Below, piece after piece: positions 40,801 through 49,287 of a DNA stretch of 64,000 nt; the first letter of the stretch is position 1, and each line of letters opens with the position of its first letter. The DNA is taken from NCBI GenBank assembly GCA_045578345.1, contig JAZNKB010000008.1, forward strand, positions 121,376-185,375, given 5' to 3'. Below the pieces are notes generated by a model. It was not told the origin of the DNA. It saw nothing but the letters and a program-made list of their open reading frames with translations, and made no database searches. The translations under genes were made by a program, and so were the position numbers. The stretch comes from Candidatus Onthoplasma sp. GTDB taxonomy: Bacteria > Bacillota > Clostridia > Christensenellales > UBA1242.

Positions 40801-42450
40801 AGTTTGTCCTGAAGACGTTTGTGCTGTTAGCGTATAATCTGTTAAGATTTCTAAATTGTCCTCTGAACCACCAACATATTTAACACTAAACTGTTGTTTT
40901 GCCCAAGTTGGAGTTATTGTAACCGTTGGTAAATCAGCACCATCAAGATACACCATATCCAAATATGCCACAATTTTATCAAAAGTAGTACCTGAGTTTG
41001 TAATGTCAACTGAGATTGTTCCTGAACTTGATAAACTAAATTTACCACTAGCATCTAAATTTAAATATTGAGAACCAACAGTTACAGTGTAGTCAGTTAT
41101 ATGATATCCATAGTTAAACACATAGTAGTAATTAGATCCTGCTGTTGATCTATAATCAGCATTATCCAAATATGTATCCTTTCTTCCGAACACGGAGTGA
41201 TTTGAATCCATCACGTCATCCATAAATTGATATGCATATGTAGAGCTGTTAGCAACCGTGATTGATGTTTCTGTAAGTTGTTCATTTTCCAGATCTTTAC
41301 CATATGAACCTACACCATAAAGATTATTTACATAAACACCTGTTGGCAATGTTGTTACATTTTCCCAATCCGATTCTCCACTTACAATAGTGAAATTATA
41401 AATGTTTGTCCATGCTGCAAAAATTATAGGTTTTTCATCACTTTGTGGAGCTGCATTTTGCCACAAACTTCCGCTTCCATAAACACTTGTTACAATGTAA
41501 TATTTATGATTATGTCCACAAGTGGAATTAGTGAAACTATCTGAATATCCAAACGTTAAGTCAACAGACGAATGTTCACCATGTGCTCCTTCAACAGTAA
41601 TTTCGTTATTTTCATCAGCAGTTATAGTATATCCATTGCTAGAAGCAACACATTCATCAAACACCCAACCTCTGAATGTTGCACCATTATTAGGCTTTTT
41701 GTCCTCACCAGGATCTTCAACTTCATTTCTGAAAGTTACAACTTTCTCTGGATCATTGTAGTATATAATATCATTATTTTCCCATTCCTCGTAATGGCTA
41801 GGATCTGTTCCATCGCAGCCTGTTTTGATTTCATGGTTTATATCCATATAATTTCCGGATTCTAATTTATAAAACAAATCCAATCCATATGGTTTATAAT
41901 CCCATACAACCTTAAAAAATAATTCTCCGCTATAATTAGGGTCCAGAGTTTCAGTTGTTACATCTGTAATGCTTATTATTGGGGTTACATTAGAAGAGTT
42001 GTAGTACTTTTCTGTCCCATTCTCTTTACAACCAATTTGAAAACCTTTGAAAATATAATCATCACCCATTTCCACAGTTGCTGTGTAAGGAGGATTTGTG
42101 CCATCATTAAATGTAATCACACTACCACTTATTGAAATTTTTGTTCCACCATAAATTACATCTGGAATATTAGAAGTATCAAATTTATAAAATTCATTTG
42201 AGCCTGTCTTGTTAGTTTTTGATAAAGGTTTGATTGTTTTGTTGGGTTTTTTATTTTTATCCCATTTTAAAATTAAAGCAGAATCATCAATCTCATTTGT
42301 TTCTTCAGTTTCAATTGAAACAGCGTTTACGTTTTGAGTTTGTTTTTGATTAAACACAAAAAGGCTTGCGCAAGACAAACCAAACAAAAAACAAACAAGA
42401 GAAATGATTGTTAATTTTAAACTGAAAAATTTACCCCTATTACCAAACAT
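34801..42450 (-). CDS. Giant (~2550 aa) secreted/surface protein with internal duplications
   Basis: N-terminal hydrophobic signal/anchor; Y/N/D/T-rich beta repeats; GGGGG RBS-like before ATG 42450 (alternative start 42462). Confidence 0.85.
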   Translation of the reverse strand: MFGNRGKFFSLKLTIISLVCFLFGLSCASLFVFNQKQTQNVNAVSIETEETNEIDDSALILKWDKNKKPNKTIKPLSKTNKTGSNEFYKFDTSNIPDVIYGGTKISISGSVITFNDGTNPPYTATVEMGDDYIFKGFQIGCKENGTEKYYNSSNVTPIISITDVTTETLDPNYSGELFFKVVWDYKPYGLDLFYKLESGNYMDINHEIKTGCDGTDPSHYEEWENNDIIYYNDPEKVVTFRNEVEDPGEDKKPNNGATFRGWVFDECVASSNGYTITADENNEITVEGAHGEHSSVDLTFGYSDSFTNSTCGHNHKYYIVTSVYGSGSLWQNAAPQSDEKPIIFAAWTNIYNFTIVSGESDWENVTTLPTGVYVNNLYGVGSYGKDLENEQLTETSITVANSSTYAYQFMDDVMDSNHSVFGRKDTYLDNADYRSTAGSNYYYVFNYGYHITDYTVTVGSQYLNLDASGKFSLSSSGTISVDITNSGTTFDKIVAYLDMVYLDGADLPTVTITPTWAKQQFSVKYVGGSEDNLEILTDYTLTAQTSSGQTQVAYKSDEFKIAMSGNWNYCSEGVSDIYEYVDDIVGYVVKVEPEYLNNVYKINLNTPCTIESNKYQLNTGHEFYSGENIYSQDCYTFKDSSILGGDAFEDYDAWDDGTNKPIDDYIAKLEEYITNWATLTDRANDDCSDIFKNVHYTSGTPSADGKTLSDASEASFYIYLTNDEGLGDTVMPGFASDYQNLIFWKLGTNVFKTSNYENDFVKEIDDEDNAEDNNYTAQSNWILNYGVNATPYYVYRADLYYENNIESLDTVKSQWYGTYTSTEIPNLQVGDDEKPADHTFGSWMFNAEVAVNENNRWAVNYDKYNDENKTGYITASKDGVTLTMTVTGKNPFHNYYYISHLQGEGVVVQDDPFLTAKWSKLYDLTVDIQGTSDWDSVGYNGLIDDTTKNELRGVYHSSYADIDSASVTFKIANAEGYEYPFFDSEYTKDGTQGLSFWKQSDWEQNLADASYVGAISSAGSNYYYLYNYGYYISGYYLKLDTSHYLTKNAGEWGCDEGTGIPIDIDSLVGTGENLASLANFAEYADEYFAYDMNKSITLIPVWSAVSIEAKSEIDTVITTSFNSLYSATQLVAPAGKSLFAYAYDENDVNNTLIASVANNYSNAGVWNYHSISYGEYTSYTTSDGNIGKGTYTLPVTPVFLDNIYKVTLNDVKPSGTNTYTLTSECSYTFNDSNGAYTENDISCLTFANKYTGYQFEKYSSSSYPLMDSYIDDLKNWKGIFEEGIDGDSNNDFNIFRKVYYSVGSKTDNLTLNSSETPTFNIYLANGQKTGEMPVFNKDYYALIFWKNDNEHTACNAIDCTDGGCANNGKTFVYKTHMFDDSLHASEIKEDEHAVRNDDIWYYTDGSNGGEVSFTSHYFRKYYELDIQTLFDGNIDRRGYVHVSIVDWVYHLDLIGTVDNTINDRGGEYVIIASKDNPGTMVIYKAVDGYWENDFNSLTGTYIYDADNGLKGANLLTDDELIKNDHLLLYEGCNLNFYVKDQSKDPKAMHTGSFDEMIGYKYSGEITQSSEKVDKALFNISTGYNFDIGKDDVADIGYENGEKITITVPFEKIVYKVKFEIDDKNAGEFEVYSNLVSSAYQKEPYTLENRVVGDTIQVSYFSFAGYALEYKAFIITNKANSVVAGTLQEYDEEGYKQSVDAGNENLALISQKYILSKGEGETSLNAEWLRKFFYNDYETNPDSYNVTFTDLGTITIKTDPIEFKLDIKVYESNDGVDPWELIETTENFATFKFESGNGYGFTAKFDSCLKSDLGFFYYQHSETVGEGDNKEEVTTNYALLSSRMFFPANYTKTNDNHYTQYDFLLENAPDKQFKLNPNILSYMVNNYSRGVIIPSSNRQIYIMLEVRELLEITMKVQALANDTNSKTRTTTLTNGTNNNKNIEVASSAIIESGYFKTSNGTTEVKAYTYDGLINKLTSVFDSKRYVEAEYYLNGSVEPLETSNFVVEEDSLLIIKYIPSSLKVEYAYTVDGVSVPQGAVSNYITDNSATISRDMVIGDEFTYSILELHPDYNVIVVINNNTISATIDGNIMNYAYTVNNFDYDYERILINVIIKMKDNSKINVRYQLIDYDLKHFIDDEYGTMTVYENNIAKAENVEQANDVTIIVGRNVDFEISLNAGYVYSGIKHGTNEKTAPALVGSKISAITNYNPEVDCGDYLILIDKVTISAILNTDGLLANYYINGKTSLANLYVGQEINLTCEEVNEERLGCFFYTYEDPTLGTQYVYLTNDGTQTGTPNTTFKITSEVITRCGTTINLGVVPIKRYKFNLTLEGVQYLKENSLKLVYNKVGFPGYVSGTYCDSGTEITLAAETIIEGKYNITFNSNVYDRLGFGNEIITLDENVSKTLKIEPKVYSVNVSETVYNTLEQFQGKNPEEVEEENDWVNGILDASKQQKYNIKATIEIQRIANDRELHAIHVSGNDGEDIVVILSANSLNAYINYGTGAQEEISLSDYGMSIQFTQPEKIQFTYTPLNHMNLRLDYKLYKIISA

Positions 42451-42569
42451 GTCAACCCCCATAAACTGACAAATTAATATTTAATATTAATTGTATTTTA
42501 CCACAATGGACATAATTTTACAAATAATTTGATTATATTTTATAATTTTTTATTTGTTGATTTTCTATA

Positions 42570-42726
42570 TCATGTTAAGTGGAGTGTAACGGAATAAAGT
42601 GAGCGTAAAACAAGCGAAACATCCCATAATCAGAACGTAGTGCTTCGCGTTAAGGGATCCTTCGACTTCGCTCAGATCTCGCAAAATAAGATTTTGTGAG
42701 GTCCTTTCGCTTCGCTCAGGATGAAA
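42570..42726. repeat. REP-like element
   Basis: GGGATCCTTCGACTTCGCTCAG and TTCGCTTCGCTCAGGATGA; similar to 12780-12900. Confidence 0.7.
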
Positions 42727-42883
42727 ATTGTATTATTTTTTTACTGTTTAATTTATTGGCAAAAAACATATAAAACACGGCATTACAATAAAAAATTTGA
42801 TTTTTTTATTATTTTTTTAAAAATTTTTAATTTTTATCGTAAAAAAACAAAAAAAGGATTAAAAAATCCTTAATTTTTATTTT

Positions 42884-43960
42884 TTATTCAACAATTGAAA
42901 TTGTTTCGTTTGAAATATTTAATCTTTTGTCCGCAAGTTTTTCAACTTGATTGAAACCATTATGTGGCATTACTGCAATCAAACTTATTGACCCTTTACC
43001 CTTTGTTTCTTTTGCAAGTGAAACAAAATTTTTCATCAACATATCACCATTTTTTTCGATCCCATAAATTGAAGACATATCGTCAACAACAAGCAAAACA
43101 TCTTCCTCAATTTCCAAAATTCTTTTGGCACGTTCAATTGCAAGATTAACAATTCTTTTCACAATATCAGTTTCATCCATAATACTTGAAATGAAATTTT
43201 CTGTATTTTTAAGTTCTGATAAATAAATTTGATTTTTGCCTGCAACTGCAACATTTACATAAAGTTTGTTTGCAATTTTCGCATTGTTAAGCAAGCGAAT
43301 TACAGTTTGAGTGTTTTGATTATTATTTGTTCCATACACATAAGTATTTTCGCCAAGTTTTATGTTTAAAGAATTTAAATCTTGTTCATTAAATTTTAGA
43401 TCCCTATTTGGAAGCACGTTTTCAATTGAGTCATAACTTTTTCTTTTTGCTGGAAGATTTAAAATTGGAGAATCATTGATTGAGAAAATTCTTTTAACAA
43501 CTTTTTGATTTTCATCAACATTAACTTCCGCAACAATTCTATCGCCCATTCTCACTTGATAATCCTGCAGAACTACGCTTGGAACAAAATAGTTTTCATT
43601 TTTAAAATTTTTCTGAACCCACAAAATTCCCGCATTGTTGTTAACAAGTTCAAGCCAACCAGCAACAGTTACAATATCTTCAGTTTTATATTCAGTGACA
43701 TCCTGATGCAAAGTTTGAACAGATGAAATTTGATTTTCATTGCCAGAATCAAAAACATTTGCAAAGTTATAATCAAAAACTTTCGGCGGTCTGCCCTGTT
43801 TTGACTTGGAAGTTGTTGGAGACTTTTTCCCAGTTGTTATTTCAACAATTTCATTAATAAGTTGTTCTTTCTTTTTGCTTGTTGGAGAATTAACACCTGT
43901 TTTTCTTGCCAAATCTCTTAATGCAAAGATGTTAAGTTCATTTAATTTTTTTTCTAACAT
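42884..43960 (-). CDS. Rho-like protein (Rho_N + OB RNA-binding + degenerate, truncated ATPase)
   Basis: LRDLARKTGV..KKKEQLI; GWLEL..GD.I; AIERAKRILEIEEDVLLVVDD; no GKT Walker A. Confidence 0.8.
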   Translation of the reverse strand: MLEKKLNELNIFALRDLARKTGVNSPTSKKKEQLINEIVEITTGKKSPTTSKSKQGRPPKVFDYNFANVFDSGNENQISSVQTLHQDVTEYKTEDIVTVAGWLELVNNNAGILWVQKNFKNENYFVPSVVLQDYQVRMGDRIVAEVNVDENQKVVKRIFSINDSPILNLPAKRKSYDSIENVLPNRDLKFNEQDLNSLNIKLGENTYVYGTNNNQNTQTVIRLLNNAKIANKLYVNVAVAGKNQIYLSELKNTENFISSIMDETDIVKRIVNLAIERAKRILEIEEDVLLVVDDMSSIYGIEKNGDMLMKNFVSLAKETKGKGSISLIAVMPHNGFNQVEKLADKRLNISNETISIVE

Positions 43961-44128
43961 ATTTTCACCTTTCGACATTTTCTCTTAAATATTAACACAT
44001 ATTCGACATTTTGTAAAGAATTTTGTACAAAATTATTTTTTGAACAATTTGATAATTCAATAAAAAAGTTTAGGATTGTTTCCTAAACTAATAGTTTGTT
44101 ATACCCATTACCCAAGCTAAGGTTTGGT

Positions 44129-44476
44129 TTAGCTTGTAATTCCCAAGCTAATCATCATTGCAATATCAACTTGATTCATTTTCAATTTGTCTATTGAGCA
44201 AACTTTATCTTTCAACCTTCTTTTATCCAGTGTTCTAATTTGCTCAAGCAATATAACACTATCTTTGTTAAGGTTATATTTATCTTTGCTAAGTTCAATA
44301 TGAGTTGGCAGTTTTGCTTTTTCAAGTTGACTTGTTATTGCAGCAATGATAACCGTTGGGCTAAATTTGTTTCCAATATCATTTTGAATCACCAAAACCG
44401 GGCGAACACCACCCTGTTCACTTCCAATAACAGGGCTAAGGTCTGCATAATAAATGTCGCCACGAGCAATGTCCAT
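44129..44476 (-). CDS. ndoA: MazF/NdoA (PemK-family) endoribonuclease toxin
   Basis: [32 protein letters not shown]...LEQIRTLDK. Confidence 0.95.
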   Translation of the reverse strand: MDIARGDIYYADLSPVIGSEQGGVRPVLVIQNDIGNKFSPTVIIAAITSQLEKAKLPTHIELSKDKYNLNKDSVILLEQIRTLDKRRLKDKVCSIDKLKMNQVDIAMMISLGITS

Positions 44477-44667
44477 CAATCTCCTTTTAAATACCTTATG
44501 GTCACACACTCATCATCAATTAAATCATATTCAAACATAATGTTTTCAATTGCCAACAAGTATTCATTATCAGTATATGCCATTAGGTTAAATTTTGGCA
44601 TTAGCGGTTTTTGCACCATACCAAAATTTAAGAGATATTTAATATATTCGTTTATCTCTTCGTCCAT
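44476..44667 (-). CDS. Small acidic protein, putative antitoxin
   Basis: 63 aa, RBS GGGAG, TGATG overlap with the mazF start. Confidence 0.6.
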   Translation of the reverse strand: MDEEINEYIKYLLNFGMVQKPLMPKFNLMAYTDNEYLLAIENIMFEYDLIDDECVTIRYLKGD

Positions 44668-44689
44668 ATATTCTCCCTAAATTTTATTC

Positions 44690-45130
44690 TTAAACTTTAG
44701 ATAGTTGTTTTTTTAATTTTTCGTAAAAATCTTCTTGCATTTTCTTAAATTCGGCAACCATAAGATTGAGATCTTCATTTTTTGTTTTTAAGTCTTTTTC
44801 CGCTTTAATTGTGTCAACAATACCCATAACTGTTCCGTTAATCATCATTTCAACAATATGTCTGGGTGATTTATCCATCCACAACATCATATAAAGCATT
44901 ACAGTTTGTTTTGTTTTTTTGAAAAAACTGTTTTCCTTAATTTCAAAATCGTTATTAACAGCAAAAACATCACACTTGTTTGCAAATTTTTCATACATAT
45001 CGTATTGTTTTGCAAACAATTTCTTCAAGGTTTCATTTTCTATCTTTTTTAAAATTTTATCAATTGCAAGCATTCCAACTGTTGCATCTTGATAAATTCT
45101 GTTTGCCAAAGTCATTTCTTTTTGTTCCAT
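44690..45130 (-). CDS. Conserved clostridial four-helix (ferritin-like) hypothetical protein
   Basis: RBS GGAGG; IYQDATVG..IVEMMINGTVMGI pattern. Confidence 0.7.
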   Translation of the reverse strand: MEQKEMTLANRIYQDATVGMLAIDKILKKIENETLKKLFAKQYDMYEKFANKCDVFAVNNDFEIKENSFFKKTKQTVMLYMMLWMDKSPRHIVEMMINGTVMGIVDTIKAEKDLKTKNEDLNLMVAEFKKMQEDFYEKLKKQLSKV

Positions 45131-45248
45131 CTTATCCTCCGAGTTTAGTTTTCTCTGTTTACTCATAATTATGCAACAAAAAAGAGACCTCTTAATTAGG
45201 TCTCAATTTAAATTAAAAATCTTAAGTCAATGCATATAAATACAACGA

Positions 45249-45572
45249 TTCGAGTTTATTTAACAATCATCCGCTTCTTCATAAAACGAGAATTGATTGC
45301 GTTTTACGACTTTGCGTAAGCACTCAAGTAAAACACAATAATTCGAGTTTCTTTAACAATCTCCACTTTTCCTTATAACGAGAAGTTTTCACCTGAACGA
45401 CTTAGCATGAGTTTTGGCCTCTTTGCATCAAAGTGTACCAAAAGGAATGCGTTTAGTGAGCGGTGAAACTTCGAGTATTTATAAACAACATCCGCTTCTT
45501 CCTAAAACGAGAATTGATTGCGTTTTGCGACTTTGCGTAAGCACTTAAGTAAAACACAACAATTCGAGTTTC
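45249..45572. repeat. A-B-A tandem array of AACGAGAA...TTCGAGT structured repeats
   Basis: TTCGAG at 45249, 45342, 45470 and 45563 (periods 93/128/93 bp); the two A units are nearly identical. Confidence 0.9.
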
Positions 45573-45573
45573 T

Positions 45574-46512
45574 TTAAATCCATATTAACCCATATCCTAA
45601 GATTAAGCTTGGAATGATTAACATACAAACAATAAATAAATTCACTTTCCAATTCTTGTTTTGTTTAAAGAGCATAATTAACCCAAGCCCAGCATTAACA
45701 CACAATCCTGCAACCAATGCACCAAAAGACAAACCTTTAAGCAAGAATAATTCAGTTAAAACAACACTAGATGCACAATTTGGAATTAAACCTATTATAA
45801 CTGCAAGCAGTGGCTGAGCATATTTCCCAGTATTTAAGAAAGAAATTAATTTTTCTTCTCCAACCCAAATATGTGTTATAAACCCAAAGATTATATTAAT
45901 AATCAATATAAACGCACTAATTTTAATACAGTGCAACATTGGGTGCCACCAATCAAATGATTTTGTTTCTACGTTATGATGACAACAACCACCATGTGCC
46001 ACTTCAAGTTCTTCTTCATGATTATGGTCTTCATTATGGTTCTTATGTTCAGCTTTAGTTTCATTGTGTTTTTCTTGTTCCAAAATCTCAGAATGGATTT
46101 TCTTTCTAAATAAGACTTTATACAAACCAATTGATAGATAACCAATTAAAACAGCAAAAACAATTTTTACGCCAATTAAAAGCAACATCCATAAAAATGA
46201 TTTTGGTTGAGCTATCATAAGTGGCAAAGCTTCATCACTGGTTGCAATGTACACTGCAATTAAAGCTCCAATGCTAAGTTTTCCTTTACTAAATAAATCT
46301 GTTGACACAACTGAGAATCCACATTGCGGAACACATCCTAAAACTGCACCAGCAACAGGGCTTGCCTTTCCTTTAAGCAACTTGCTTTTATGGATATGTC
46401 CTGCATTTTTAAACTCAATTAATTCAATCAAATAATAGACAACAAAAAGAATCGGTAAAACTTTTACCATGTCAACAAGCGCTTCTAAAATTACGTGCCA
46501 ATACTCGTGCAT
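45574..46512 (-). CDS. Putative manganese/metal transporter (permease with His-rich loop)
   Basis: GCVPQCGFSV, ATSDEA, GLIPNCASSV; His-rich linker. Confidence 0.8.
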   Translation of the reverse strand: MHEYWHVILEALVDMVKVLPILFVVYYLIELIEFKNAGHIHKSKLLKGKASPVAGAVLGCVPQCGFSVVSTDLFSKGKLSIGALIAVYIATSDEALPLMIAQPKSFLWMLLLIGVKIVFAVLIGYLSIGLYKVLFRKKIHSEILEQEKHNETKAEHKNHNEDHNHEEELEVAHGGCCHHNVETKSFDWWHPMLHCIKISAFILIINIIFGFITHIWVGEEKLISFLNTGKYAQPLLAVIIGLIPNCASSVVLTELFLLKGLSFGALVAGLCVNAGLGLIMLFKQNKNWKVNLFIVCMLIIPSLILGYGLIWI

Positions 46513-46647
46513 TTAAATTCCTTTTGTGTTTAACTTGTAAATTATACCATACACAAAGAAAAAAATCAATCCTTGCCTTAATAAAAAATGTAAAAATTTA
46601 ACATTTTTATTTCTTTAATGTTTACTTTGTCGAAACATATCTTGAGC

Positions 46648-47154
46648 CTATATGAAACGACAACAAAAGCACGCAAGTATGCAACAAACAACATTGCACA
46701 ATAATGCTATTGGAATTGTGAGCCCTGTTTTCTTCACTTTTGTGGTTGCAAAATATATGCTACTAACATAGAAAATTGTGTCACTACTTCCCATAATAAC
46801 GCTTGCACATTTTCCAACATAACTATCCACACCATAACGCGAAAAAATATCACGTAAGAGCACATAACCAGCATTTGAACTAAACGGTCTAATCAATGTT
46901 AATTCACACACCTCAGGTGGAACTCCAACAAGACGAAAAACTGGGGATAAAAATTTGCAAAGATAATCACTCAATCCACTGTTTCTAAACAACTCCACCG
47001 CAACAAACATTGCAATCATATACGGCAAAAGAGAAGCCATCAGCGGAAGCGCACCTTTTGCTCCTTTAACAAAACCAGAATAAGCATCAACACCTTTAAT
47101 TAAAGCATAAACAAGCACAAAAGCAATCAAAATAGGAATGAATAAATCAACCAT
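46648..47154 (-). CDS. spmB: Spore maturation protein B
   Basis: RPFSS, GVDSY, MGSSDTIFYV. Confidence 0.9.
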   Translation of the reverse strand: MVDLFIPILIAFVLVYALIKGVDAYSGFVKGAKGALPLMASLLPYMIAMFVAVELFRNSGLSDYLCKFLSPVFRLVGVPPEVCELTLIRPFSSNAGYVLLRDIFSRYGVDSYVGKCASVIMGSSDTIFYVSSIYFATTKVKKTGLTIPIALLCNVVCCILACFCCRFI

Positions 47155-47725
47155 TTTTCACCTGCTTTTTCTTTGCTTTTTGATAAATTAATGCAACTAA
47201 AATAATTCCCAAAATTGTTGGAATAAATGTTGCTACAATGGTTGGCCAAAGAATACAGCTTGGACTAACACTTCCAACCATTGCCCGCATTCCAATAACC
47301 GTTGTTGGAAGAAGTTGAATCCCTGTTGAATTTATCACAACCAGCATAATCATTGCACGTGTCGCTTTGTCACTACCATTATCAAGCCCCTTCATTGCCT
47401 TGATTCCATAAGGTGTTGCTGCAGAGCCAATTCCTATTATGTTTGAAGCAATGTTTAAGCATATGTTTTTTTCAGTTTCTTTGTCTGTTTGGCCAAAAAT
47501 TCTTCTAACTGGTCTAGACAATATTGAAGACAACTTATGACTAAGTTTACAATCATCCAAAACCTGCATCAGCCCCATCCAAACAGCATAAATCCCAATA
47601 AATTCAATTGCCATAGTAACACCCATTTTTGCAGCATTCATCATTGTTGAAATTATGCTCGAAGGCGCAGTAAAAGAAGTCATTGCCAAACTTGAAATCA
47701 TAATAATTAACCAAATTTTACTCAT
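47147..47725 (-). CDS. spmA: Spore maturation protein A
   Basis: SNIIGIGSAATPYGIKAM, QLLPTTV; sigmaE-like promoter. Confidence 0.9.
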   Translation of the reverse strand: MSKIWLIIMISSLAMTSFTAPSSIISTMMNAAKMGVTMAIEFIGIYAVWMGLMQVLDDCKLSHKLSSILSRPVRRIFGQTDKETEKNICLNIASNIIGIGSAATPYGIKAMKGLDNGSDKATRAMIMLVVINSTGIQLLPTTVIGMRAMVGSVSPSCILWPTIVATFIPTILGIILVALIYQKAKKKQVKNG

Positions 47726-47843
47726 GTTATAATTTATGCTTAAATAATTTGTATATGAAAAAATAGAAACTTAAATTTGATAATTATTTTTAATACATTA
47801 AAATTGAATTGAAAAAGATATGCACTCAGCATATCTTTCTTGT

Positions 47844-48593
47844 TTATTTTGTAACATTAATATTTAAGAAAACTTTATCTTGCGATTCATAAATTGCACT
47901 TACAATTTTTTCACAAATTCCTGAAATTTCTTCACCTTCTTCGATTCCGAAATCTGTTGCAGAACCAATTGCATATGCTTGGAATGTGAATGAAATGCTT
48001 GCATTTTGATAGTCGTTACCCATTGCACCAGCTAATGATAATTTGTTTTCACCTATTACAGTGATTCCATTATCCCCGCTTTGAGTTGGTTCGAAATCAA
48101 CCATTGAAACTAAGCAACGATAAACAACATCTCCTTCAGCTGGATTAAACACATAATCCACCCAATCTGTGTTTTTCACATTTTTCTTTGAACTTTCTTC
48201 AGGATATAATGCATTTACATATTCAACACCTAAACCCAACACTGGATCTATGTGTTGATCCACAATTTCTTTCTTATCTTCATCAAATGCTTTAATTTCA
48301 TACACAACAACTAATCTAATGCTTACACTTGATAAATTTCTAACAACCAATGGTGAATTTTCAAGCGGTTGACCAGGAACCACATTAATACCATTTGATA
48401 TTACAATTTCACTCTTATCACTTGTTCCCGATTCCATTGTTATTTTCAAGTTAGCCATAACAATTCTACCAGAAACCTGATTGGATCTTGCACTGTAATA
48501 AGCAAAGACTCCACCAAAACTAATTGTGAGCATTAACATCACAGCCAAAATTATGATAGCGATTGTTTGCCCAGACACTTTCTTCTTTACCAT
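47844..48593 (-). CDS. Exported protein with SipW-type signal (TasA/CalY-like)
   Basis: Signal ending GGVFAYYS; VVPG; GNDYQNASISFTFQAYA. Confidence 0.6.
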   Translation of the reverse strand: MVKKKVSGQTIAIIILAVMLMLTISFGGVFAYYSARSNQVSGRIVMANLKITMESGTSDKSEIVISNGINVVPGQPLENSPLVVRNLSSVSIRLVVVYEIKAFDEDKKEIVDQHIDPVLGLGVEYVNALYPEESSKKNVKNTDWVDYVFNPAEGDVVYRCLVSMVDFEPTQSGDNGITVIGENKLSLAGAMGNDYQNASISFTFQAYAIGSATDFGIEEGEEISGICEKIVSAIYESQDKVFLNINVTK

Positions 48594-48773
48594 TTTTACC
48601 CCTATTGTTTGATTGGCACAATCCACCAAAAATTCTTTAACAAAATTATTTTAATTAATTAAAATTTAATTGTCAAATAAAAATGGAAAAATATTGAATT
48701 TTTTTGAAATTTAATGAAATATGTCTTATTTTAATAAAAACATCAATACCAGTTGCATTTACTTATTGGTGTA

Positions 48774-49139
48774 CTACATAATTTGTTGTATAATATAATT
48801 TCTAACAAGATAAACAAATTCTCTGCACGTTGGACACATATTTGGCGGATAATAAGTGTTTAATTTAGTCATCATGTCATAGTTCCAACATTTATGAATC
48901 AAATTTCTTATATTTCTTTCAATTGTACAATCCGTTTTACCATATTTCATTGCAATTTGCGGATAAACTTCTTTTGAAAATGAAATTATTCTTCTTTCTT
49001 CATTAATTAACATTTGCATTATTTCAACTAATAAATAAAAACCAGTGTATTTTCTGAAGATTCCCAAATTATCTAACTGTTTTAAAAAGTAAACATTACT
49101 CGCAACATTCTTTCCATATCTCATTTCTTTAGGACTCAT
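48774..49139 (-). CDS. Stand-alone Spo0A C-terminal DNA-binding domain protein
   Basis: LGI...GFYLL...SKEVYPQIAMKY....IERNIR...PTCREF; no receiver domain. Confidence 0.85.
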   Translation of the reverse strand: MSPKEMRYGKNVASNVYFLKQLDNLGIFRKYTGFYLLVEIMQMLINEERRIISFSKEVYPQIAMKYGKTDCTIERNIRNLIHKCWNYDMMTKLNTYYPPNMCPTCREFVYLVRNYIIQQIM

Positions 49140-49287
49140 TTTAACCTCCTTTTCATTTCTTTTAACACATTTTAAAAACCATGTCAATCATTTTTGTACA
49201 AAACATTCCATATTTTTGTACAAAATTAAATATTTCGACAAAAAACGCATAAAAAAGGTCTGTACATAAAGCACAAACCTTAAAATT

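Noticed and set aside
45249-45572. CRISPR array
   Set aside because: Linkers are degenerate, inserts are long self-complementary hairpins with two near-identical, and no cas genes are present
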